From Felis catus (lineage: Eukaryota): DNA of 64,000 nt. A program made the translations under genes and the position numbers. Shown piece after piece: positions 52,732 to 64,000 of this stretch. Position 1 is the first letter of the stretch. Every line of letters begins with the position of its first letter. The stretch is from assembly GCF_018350175.1 (NCBI RefSeq), contig NC_058368.1:124250001-124314000 (forward strand), in the 5' to 3' direction. The notes beneath the pieces were generated by a model that did not search any database, was not told where the DNA came from, and saw nothing but the letters and a program-made list of their open reading frames with translations.

Positions 52732-53227
52732 CATCCCTCCTCCACTTCTTACAATACACATAGCTCTCTCAGTCTTTCATTCTTCTATGTTTGACAGAAA
52801 TGCGGGTTCAAGATACATCATTTTTTTTCTCTTAACCCTACTATGAGAAAAACAACAGAAACACATTAATGAAGAAAAACTGACACTCCTTGGAGAGATA
52901 CTAGAGACTGTTGTGGACTGGGTTGAACTGGGGACAGTGATGTCTAGCTGGTGTTCAAGGGGACAGTGGGTATTCATATCTGGCCTATTATTACCAAGTG
53001 GAATTTGGGTTCAGTGTTGCCAGGCTTTTTAATTTTTCAGAAAAGGCTAGAATTTTCTATTTTTTTATGTAATACTTGATGATTTTTAAATATTGGCAAT
53101 TAATTCACTTGAAAACAAAACAAGATTCTGTGGCAATGAACTAACTTTGGAAGCTGTTTTGCAGCCTCTGCTTTAAAACAATGTTTCCCTTTCTGTAGTG
53201 TGCATCAGAATCACCTGTGGACCATTT

Positions 53228-53232
<5 letters not shown>

Positions 53233-53273
<41 letters not shown>
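53233..53273. repeat. (TA)n microsatellite
   Basis: Direct reading. Confidence 0.95.
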
Positions 53274-53275
<2 letters not shown>

Positions 53276-53897
53276 CTTATATGTGTATAAAAACAAATTC
53301 TTTAGTGTGATACACTTATTTAAAGGGGGATATATACTTACTTATACCTATTTTGTGTGTGTGTGTGTGTGTGGGTATACACATGTATAAAATATCTCTG
53401 GAAGAATAAACAACAAATAATATTAGTAGCTTTGGATGAGTGGCATTGGTTGGCTTGGGGAAGAGACAGCAGGGAGAATTACAATGTAAGCCTTTGGTAT
53501 GTGTGGAAACTTGAACCATTAATGTGTGAATGTTACCTAGAAGGTATTGCCATTTCCTCTCCTCCCTCACCAAAATTTTGCTTCTGTAGGTCTGAAGTAG
53601 GGATTGAACACCTGATTTAAAAGCAAGCCATTACACAAACAAATCAACCCCTCATAATTGATATTGCCACTATCCCTGGTTAAGAATCTTAGCTACTGGA
53701 AATAGTAATATTTCTGCTTTAATCTTCCAATCACTACACATATCTGCTGGGAATATAAGAAGGCACATACTTTAACTTGATGATTGCCCTCAGGGTGGAA
53801 AAGCAGAATGTTTCAATAGCCTAGAGATCTTGAGTCCAGTAGACTCAAGGAAAAATGTTGGCCCTAATCATCCATTTTGTTCTGGCCCTGCCTTCTA

Positions 53898-54791
<894 letters not shown>

Positions 54792-55884
54792 TCAAGTCAA
54801 AGGTCAGGTGGAAGAACTCGCAAAACCCTTTGTTACTCCACTCCTTGCCATAGTTAGACTATTTCTTAGATTCCTCTGAGTCCCTCAGGAACTGTCCTTT
54901 CAAAATCTACCTCTAGATCATCTATTTTCACCAAGGGATAAACTAAGTTGAAAATAGCTTAAAGCATTACTGTTCTCACTTCTCAAGCACAGTCAGTAGG
55001 GGTATAAGTTTTAAGTCACAGAGATGAAGGCTAAGGGTGAGTTCAGGCTTCAAGTGGTAGAGGCAAGGGGAGCTTGTAGAGGCAGGGGAAATGTGGTTTC
55101 AGGTTTTCTCTGAAAGAGATCTCATAAGATCTAGACATAGCTCAGACATTATCTACCTCAGGAAGCCTGCCCGTTTTATGCTATTTGAATGTTCTTTGTT
55201 TCCCTTTCAGTTTTTACTAAATTTCCTATTGGAAAATACTTTTTAAAAAAGGAAACCGAGGGAAGAAGCTTTAGTCTGGGCTTTAGCTGCCCAGGAGGAA
55301 GTGTTTGTCCCAGAGATCGGGTGTGGCAGCAGAAGAAAAGTGAGCAATGCCCAATGGGCAGGCAAATTCTAAAGAAAAAAAGGTCAGCAGTTGTCCGACG
55401 GGCTCCTCTTATGTGGACAGTTTCCCTGAGGCACGATTCTGTTTTTCTTGCTTGGAAAATTCTGTTACTCTCTTTTGAGGCCACAGTTGACTTAGTGCTT
55501 TCTGTGGTACAAGTTAATGATGAAATCTGACCCATGTGTGTGCCCTAAAAGCCAGATTGCAACATTACTCTTCAGAGTGAGATACTGTAATTTGTAATGT
55601 GAAAAACATCACCACTTGACTGTATATAATTAGTGTTTTTCTTTACAGGTCACACAGTGTGTAATTGAATCTTTATTTCCACGATGTATTTTTATCTTCA
55701 TTCTTTCACCTTTCAATAGTCTTTGTGAACTATTGAATACCCCTTCTAGACCCCTAATATTACCTCAGGGGATCTCTAACATTCTTCCAAGTTGACCTCA
55801 ATAGAATACAGCCCTGTGCAAATTAATGCTACTTTAGTATCTTCTATAATCTTTCCTCCTTTGGTTATAGATTGTGATTTAGGC

Positions 55885-57426
55885 CAGTGGGGTCTTAAAG
55901 TGTGGTCCCCTAAACCCTGTGGGTGGGATCCCCAACAGTCTTCAGTCGCTTTTGTACAATATTCATGTGCTTTTGTACAATAGAGATAGTGGGTCAAAGT
56001 ATGGGCTCCTTGATACAAATCAAGACAGTATCATCAATGGACTTATGTTAAAAAATTGTCATTTAACTTATTAATGTCTGGTAAAAGTTATTAATTTTAT
56101 TAAATATTGACCTTTGCGGGGTGTCTGGATGGATCAGTACGTTAAGTCCTGGCTTCAGCTCAGGTCATGATCTCATGGTTCGTGAGTTCAAGCCCCAGGT
56201 TGGACTCTGTGCTGACAGCTCACAGCCTGGAGCCTGCTTTGGATTCTGTGTCTCCCTCTCTCTCTGTCCCTCCCCCACTCACTCTTTCTCTCTCTCTCTC
56301 TCAAAAATAAAATAAACATTAAAAAATTTTTTAAAAATGACCTTTCAGTATACACTTTGACAAAACATAAGCAATTCAACTATATAACAAAATATGACGG
56401 TTGTCTTGAGGTAAAGCACTTGTATAATTGTTTGAGTTGCCAGCTAACCTAGATACTGTTTTTTCACAGAACACCATTTTTATGACCTACAGACAAACTA
56501 TGGTTATTTGCAATTGGGTATTTTCAGAAAGCTTCTCAAAAATGAATAAAATAAGCCTGTAATTTCAAGGTAAACAACTGACAGCAATTACTGCCAATGA
56601 CAAAAGTCCAGTTTTCAAGCAAAAATTAGAATTTTGAAAAACTTGTGTGCATACTGTAAGCTTGACAGCTTCCTGATACATAAAGGCTCTTCCAATAAGA
56701 TCAGTGGTGATATTAACAAACGTGATTTTTTAATATTGTATAATGCAATGTGTCATCTGGATGATATTCCTAATTAAGTGAACCAATATTTTCCAAATGA
56801 CCAAAGCAAGATACTATAAAATCCTGTATGGGTATAAGACCCATTTAAAGTGCAAGACAGACTAATGGATTTTAACACAACAGAGTATAAAAAGTTCATC
56901 GATATGCCAATAGTTCACGTTGTAACTAACATTTGTCAAGTTTGGATGTAATAGCAAAGGAAAAGTATCCACAATATCTGAAAATGCTACTGAAATATTC
57001 CCTTCTCCAACTGCATATTTATGCAAAGCCAGATTTTTTTTCAGACACTTCAATCAAAATAACATATTGCAAGAGACTGAATACAGGAACAGATGTGGGA
57101 ATATAGCTGTATTCTACTATGCTTCTATTAAGATATCGAAGAGATTTGCAAAACATTGCAAAGCTCTGCTGTTCTTATTACAACTTTTTTTTGGTTTTGG
57201 ACAACAAGGTTATTTTTAGCTACAAATATGGTATTTACGTCAACATGTAAATGTAATGAGGTTATTATTGCTTTAAATGAATAACTACATATTTTATTAA
57301 AAATTAGTTTTAGTTTTTAGTGCTATAAATACAGAAAGGTGTAACTCCCATAAAGAAAACCCCTCGGGGTTCCCAATTTTTGAAAGTGGAAAAGGGTGCT
57401 GAGAACAAAAAGTTTGAGAATTGTTG
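55885..57426 (+). mobile_element. Charlie1a-like hAT DNA transposon (degenerate transposase remnant) with SINE at ~56118-56335
   Basis: Termini CAGTGGGGTCTTAAAGTGTGGTCC and AAAAGTTTGAGAATTGTTG; internal GGTTGTCTTGAGGTAAAGCACTTG...TTTGAGTTG (WLSRGKAL..LFEL-like). Confidence 0.8.
56118..56335 (+). mobile_element. Can-SINE inside Charlie1a
   Basis: SINE body with (CT)n and A-tail; TGACCTTT duplication. Confidence 0.9.
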
Positions 57427-57712
57427 ATTACAGAAAAAAAGAAGATTAAGAGAACATGGCATACAGGGAAGAAGAAAGGGAGAAACAGGAAAGAAGAAAT
57501 GAAAGTCCAGTGGATGTTAGGGTGATGGATTTGGGCTCACTACTATAATTTTGCTCCATAGAGTAGAGAACATGTCACGATATATTAGACAGTGGCAAGC
57601 ACAATATTAAGTTAGAGCTGGATTTGGGCATCGGCAAGGGAAAAGTTTCTCCAATTTTATAAATGTTTGAGAGGAAGAAAACAATGAGTGCCTCTCCTCT
57701 CCAGTGCACTCA

Positions 57713-58021
<309 letters not shown>

Positions 58022-58151
58022 TCAGATGGGGCTTCAGGATGATGCAAACTGTCCTCCAGCTATAAGCATTCTGGAGCCTTGTACCCTTCTCTGGCCTTCT
58101 TGACGATGTCCTAGAAGAGGAAGTAGTGCGTCAAAAGCTATGGGCAATTTT

Positions 58152-58358
58152 TTTTTAAGTTTATTTATTTTTGAGAGAGAGAGAGAGAGAGACAGAGCAC
58201 AAGCAGGGGAAGAGCAGAGAGAGAGGGAGACACAAAATCCAAAACAGGCTCCAAGCTGTCAGCACAGAGTCCGATGCAGGCCTTGAACTCACAAATTGTG
58301 AGATCATGACCTGAGCCAAAGCCAGCTGCTTAACCTACTGAGCCACGCAGGCGACCCC
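58152..58358 (-). mobile_element. Can-SINE
   Basis: TSD AAGCT(A/G)TGGGCAATTTT. Confidence 0.9.
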
Positions 58359-58359
58359 A

Positions 58360-58900
58360 AGCTGTGGGCAATTTTAAGGCTCTTTATACATAGTGCAAAC
58401 TGTCTTCTAAGAACATTGACTCAATTTCTCCCCCTACCAGCTGTGTCCCTATTCCTTCCCTAAACTGAGTGATCATCACCTTTAAAAATCTTTGCCAATT
58501 TGGTAGGCAAAATGATACCACAGTGTTATTTTCTTTTGCATTTCTTTAATAGTGAGGTGGAAGTTTTGAAATACATTTTTATTTGTCATTTGAGTCTTCT
58601 GACTGAAATGACTCTTAATGCCTTTTGGCCATTTTTTTTTTCTGTTATATTGTTAGTTTTTCTTACTAATTTATGTAGGCTCCTTATATATTAAAGATAT
58701 CAATACTTTTGCAAACATTTTCTCTAATTTGTTACTTGACTTTTAATTTTTATAGTGATTTTCCATAAAAATTAAAAATAACCACATTTAATTATCTCTT
58801 TGCTTTTGTTTCTTTCAGCATTTTATACTTAGAAAGTCCTTCATCAGCCAGAAGGTAGATACATATTCCTCAATAGTTAAGCCTTTATTTAATTGTAAAA
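58360..58900 (-). mobile_element. Old L1 fragment
   Basis: TTTTGCATTTCTTTAATAGTGAGG...TTTGCAAACATTTTCTCT antisense L1 ORF2 signature. Confidence 0.7.
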
Positions 58901-60159
58901 GCAGTAGTCTCTTAGGTAAAAAAAAAAAAAAAAAAAGCAGGAGGCTAGGAGAAAATATTGTCATTTTTAAACTGCCCTGGGAAAGGCTCAATCCTGAGGC
59001 AGGGAAGGAAGGCATGGAAAACTTCTTGGCTTTCTGGTGGGGCCTGAACCCTGGGCAGAAGGGTGGCCAAGCAGTCTCTCAGACATGGAGGCAGCCAAGG
59101 GGCTAGACAGAGAAGGGCTCAGTTGGAGCTATCCGTTAAGGTGCATGGGCCTTAGTACTTGGGAGAGTAGTCTTGTCCTCAGTGTGGTCAGGATCCCCAT
59201 GTGTGGATTGTGTCTTCTGTCAATCAAGCATCCTCCTCCTCAGGTTATACTACTTCCCGCAATTTGAGAACACGTCATAGGACTGTGTTTCTTTTCAATA
59301 CAGTGATCAATCACCCTGCTTATTTGAATAAGTGGCAGATGTGACTGATTCTATTCTACTTGAGAGAGGTCTCCACACAATTTCTATTATGAAACAGGAT
59401 GAGGCTCCAGCCAGATTATGCCATCCTGTTTAGAGGATATATTGCCAATAAATTCAATAGATGAAGGGTTGGGCATCAATCTCATCAGGTTCACGGACAC
59501 ATGACAACTCACTCTGGAGCAGTGTGAAATACTTCTTTACAACAATTATGAAGACCGAGCGTTTTAATTCTTCTGACTGCCAACATGGAAAAAGAGATCC
59601 GGAAGAACAAGGGGAAAACATAAATTATTTTGCAGAGAAACGGAGTATATAGAAAACTCCTAACTAATACACACAGAGCCTTTGTGGGCAATCTGTAGTA
59701 TGCAATTTCAGGTTATCTAACCTGTAATTCCTTTCTTATCTCTAAATTTCCGACAAACACAGCACACAAACACACCTTTACACTGTGATAGCTGAAACTA
59801 TCAAAATGTGAAGGTGGAGGGCCAGGGCCCATGACTCAGAAAAAATTCATTAGAGGTGGTTGATGAGGTAGTGTCTGAAGAGCAGGAAATGATTGATATA
59901 AGCATGCAGCATTGGTTGAGATGTCAGTAAGGAATGATTTATAGGACATGTAAACATTCCCGAGAGAATTCCCAGAAGCATGTAGGGAGAACTTGATAAA
60001 AGACTGTCTTTCCTGAAGATAAATGGGTTGGTTATTAAAGTATGACCTCACAGGTTGATGAAACTTGAGACATTTATGCTACATGAGCTACTTCTGAGTT
60101 ATGTGTTCTGTGCCATGGATCTTAGGCTAATTACACCATGTTTTAAATATCATACATCT

Positions 60160-60392
60160 GGGGCACCTGGGGGCTCAGATGGTTAAGCTTCCCACTCTTG
60201 ATTTCGGCTTCAGTCATAATCTCACAGTTCCTGAGATCATGCCCCAAAACAGGCTCCATGCTGACAGCACAGAGCCTGCTTGGGATTCTCTATCTCTCAC
60301 CTCTCTCTCTCTCTCTCTCTCCTCTTCCCCTGCTCTCTTTCTCTTTCTCTCTCTCTCTTAAAATAAATAAGTAAACTTTTAAAAAATAAATA
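60160..60392 (+). mobile_element. Can-SINE
   Basis: SINE head, long (CT)n, A-tail; AAATATCA.A.ATCT duplication. Confidence 0.9.
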
Positions 60393-60676
60393 AATATCAC
60401 AGATCTAGAAAGTACTTTAATATCTAGGAGGACTAGTGCCTGCATATTTTCCCTCTCTCTCTTTTTTTTAAACCACTGCCTTATTTTTCTTCCCTTTGCT
60501 TCAAACACTTTCTCTCCACTAGGAGAAGAAGCATAAGGAAGTCACAATTCCTACAAATGGTTAAAGCATTTATACCTACGAAACTTCTGAAAAATTCTAC
60601 TAAGACAAGCTCACAGTTTCAGTGTGAAGGTACAGCTGCAGGTTGCAGGAAACAAAACAAAACGGAGGGCAGGATT

Positions 60677-60736
60677 TGGCCTCTATTGGCCTCAATTGGC
60701 AACAATTTGGCCTCAATTTGCCTCAATTGGCAACAA
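60677..60736. repeat. Short GCCTCAATTG-type tandem repeat
   Basis: GGCCTCTATTGGCCTCAATTGGCAACAATTTGGCCTCAATTTGCCTCAATTGGCAACAA. Confidence 0.8.
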
Positions 60737-62019
60737 GTGAGTTGAGCTTTGGAGCAGGAACTAGATTCTCCTGGAGATTTTACTTCACTTTGAACTCTTG
60801 TACGATCTTATCTTTTGTACTTTTTTTTCCTACCTTGGTTTTACTTTCTTCCCTGAGGCTTGGGGAACTGGATTTCCTTTGCTAAGTGTATGATAATGCA
60901 AACTGGGAAATATCCTATTTGGAACTGGTTGTGAAAGTATTTTAAAGTCGGTAAACTTTTCTCCAGCCCTCCTTTCTTAAATGTGTTGCTTTCTTCTTCT
61001 TTTTTTTTTTTTTTTTTTTTTTTTTTGGCTCATTAACCTTTTCTCTTCATGTAACTTCAGTCCTGTTACTGTCTTACCTGCTCAAGATCAATATCTGACC
61101 TTGGGAAAAGGTCTACTTTCAATGATCTACACTTCAATTTTAATTAAAGTCACCATGTTAACCATCTCCAAGTCCTGAGACTCATGTGCAACTCAAGAAT
61201 TTTTCCCAGGTGTTATAAGAATTTCAGGTATAGCAGAGTAGGAGGTGCTTCTTGGTATTTACCTGAAGTTAAGGTAAGTAGGTGGCTAATTTTGCACTTC
61301 AACAGAAGAGGGCAAAAAACCCATATATAGCATGTAAGCCTTTTACTTATTTTCAATAGTCTTGTTTGTTGTTATATTATTCTTGTATTTCCATTGAATC
61401 AATGCCTAACCAAAACAAAGATTAGATAAGCAGTGTAATTGAAAAGCTCCAATAGTTGATTATGGATGAAAAGTTCTTCGTTTAGAAGAAGAGGGTACAA
61501 GTCTTCTTTCATTGCTAACTACCTCTGGGATAAGTCTCTTCCCCTTTCTGGATCCAGCTTGTTTTTCCTTGCCAATGTATTTTTAATGGTTGGGAAAAAA
61601 AGAAAAACCTGAAAAATGTCACATCTAGTTCTGAATACAAAACTTCTCTTATGCTCTTGTCTGGATAACAAGAACTTATATAGACTTTATGACATAATCC
61701 AGGAATGATGAAAAAAATAAGACTTACTGTTAAGAAATAAAAAGTGCATATATAGCAGGAAGCTGACATGCAGAAAGCCTTCTGAGAACATTTAGCAAAA
61801 AGTGGAAAGTCTGACAATACTGTACAGTCACAGCATTTCTTTCCATAACAATGATTTTTCCTGCCCTGACTAAAATAGAGCAGTTTTTATTGTCACAAGC
61901 ACATGTGTGAATATTACTGGCAGTCAAGGATATAGTCATATAGGATAACCCCTTAACCATGTTCTTTATTTTAAGATAAAGAGAAGATGGCTGTTAGTTC
62001 CCAACACTTTGAGTTGCTA

Positions 62020-62235
<216 letters not shown>

Positions 62236-62597
62236 TCATTATATATCATCCAGTGCTCTTCCGGTCTATGAATGTTAAGATAAAATACAAAGAAAAAAAT
62301 GCAAAAAGAAAAAGAAAGGAAAGGAAAACTAAAAAGGGGAGTAAACACATTTTAACAAACCCTCCAACAAACTCCCACTTGCCTCTTGTCACTGGAAGGA
62401 TTTTTGTTTCCCATAAGAGCTAAATTGTCTTCCATCATTAGCCAACTAACAAGGACTTAAATTAAATACAGGTGTGACTGACATGCTGGGGGGGGGGGGG
62501 GCTACCTAGACAACAACTGGTTCATCAAATCTATTTGTTGTTTTTTTTTCCCCAACTAGGGCAGAGGTTGGCCCCTGAGAAACCAGAAGAGTGAAAA

Positions 62598-62799
62598 AAA
62601 TTTTTAAACAATGATTTTTTTAATGTTTATTTATTTTTGAGAGAGAGAGAAAAAGAGAGGCAGAGAGGGAGGCAGAGAATCCGAAGCAGGTTCCACGTTG
62701 TCAGCACAGAGCCCAACGAGGGGCTCAAACCCACGAACCCTGAGATCATGACCTGGGCCGAGACTGGACCTTAACTGACTGAACCACCCAGGTACCCCA
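62598..62799 (-). mobile_element. Can-SINE
   Basis: Antisense body ending GGTACCCC; AGAGTGAA duplication. Confidence 0.9.
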
Positions 62800-64000
62800 G
62801 AGTGAATTTTAATGTTAACAAAATGACCAGGATGAGTACTCACTGGTGGCAAAATGATGACCAAGATGATCCAGTAATGATCAGATTGCTACAAACTGCA
62901 TGAAATTTAATCTCCAAAAATCCTTGGTGAAAGTAAATGGATCATAATTAAGTAGTTAGTCAATAAGAAATCAACAAATATGAGAAAGAAAGAACTTCAG
63001 GCAACCATCTAAATTAGGTCCATCTCTGTGTAGATCTATAATAAACTTTTCATCCTATCTTTGAAAGGAGGCTATTCTACACTTTTTTAAGTAGCCCATC
63101 CAAGTCTTAAAAGTTACCAATTCTTCCTTGATAGTGTCCTATATCTCCTCAGCTTGCACAAATAGGTAAGTAAAATCTGTGCATATTACTGGTGTTGAAT
63201 ACCTTTCATTGACCTGAAAAAAAAAAAACTGCACGAGCAATTACAATTTCAAATGACAATAAATTTTCATTGGCCAATGAAAGAGATTCTCATTTTATAT
63301 CATACAATAGAAACTCTAATCCTTCAGATCCTCCTGATATCTCTGGAAAGATTATAAAACAATCCAGATAATTCATTAGCATTTTAATTTTCTGATTGAG
63401 TCCACAGAAAGACCCTGTAACTCCATGCACTAGGACTTATGGGTAGAATGGAGGTCCCTAGGAGGATTAAGAGCAGGTTAAGGAAATAGAGCAGCAAGGT
63501 ATAGTTCTGGAAGCCCAGAGCTGGACCACAAGCTAGGGTCAGAGACCTGGGCAAGAAATAGAGTTGGATTTTTAAAAAGCTGCAATTTTGATATACTTCA
63601 AATGCTGTTCAACAGCTACCTCCTGATACATTTTTCCGTGTAAAATTTCCTGTTGGTCTTCTTCACGCTGTGTTATCCTGTTTATTTGACCCCACGGCTG
63701 GAGTCAGTTTTCACAATTCCATGGAACAGCACTCATTCATTTCACCTTTCCTCTTCCTTTCCCTCCCTTGTCTCTGCATTCTCGGCTCTCCGGATTTCCC
63801 GTTACTCAGCTTGTTGCTGGCTCACAATGGGCAATTACACTGTGAACCCTGGAAATGTGCTTCCACTGTATGAGCGAGGGCAGCTGACATGAGTTCTACA
63901 ACCTCTTGCAGGACGAGGGCCAGGGGCCCTCACAACTCTCAACTCTGAGGTGCAGGAAGAGAGCTGAGTGGGTGTTAAATGCTGCAACCAGGGCCAGATA

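Noticed and set aside
55176..55535. Opposing 119/113-aa ORFs in an ANKRD55 intron as an extra exon
   Set aside because: Flanking exons already join in frame and match the recalled protein; no convincing splice pair.
59440..59700. Possible alternative ANKRD55 exon (minus-strand A|GTGAGT donor near 59511)
   Set aside because: Only a weak donor-like motif; no other support from sequence.

Overview
Mammalian (felid-like) genomic DNA, judged from the many tRNA-derived Can-SINE/SINEC_Fc elements with (CT)n and A-tails. The right third carries the last five coding exons of ANKRD55 on the minus strand (62211-62027, 57881-57714, 54654-53993, 45744-45652, 43706-43585 incl. TAG). All have GT-AG boundaries and join in one frame. 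The left ~43 kb lies 3' of ANKRD55; in human this is the interval toward IL6ST (synteny assumed, not visible here). It holds a full-length SDHD processed pseudogene with a 14-bp target-site duplication (TSD) and an FTL (ferritin light chain) processed pseudogene. The FTL copy is the most unusual object: its centre has been rewritten mostly by A/T->G/C changes into a ~75% GC, CpG-rich patch, its IRE loop is broken, and a MARE/ARE motif sits just upstream. Other items: a 33-nt U2 snRNA 5' retro-fragment with TSD in an ANKRD55 intron, a STAT/ETS/AP-1/Oct/RUNX motif cluster near 11.1-11.8 kb, a 71-bp dispersed direct repeat, and nested L1/L2/LTR/hAT relics. Family and orthologue assignments come from recalled consensus sequences, not a search; repeat boundaries are approximate. 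I see no evidence for a wholly new gene system.
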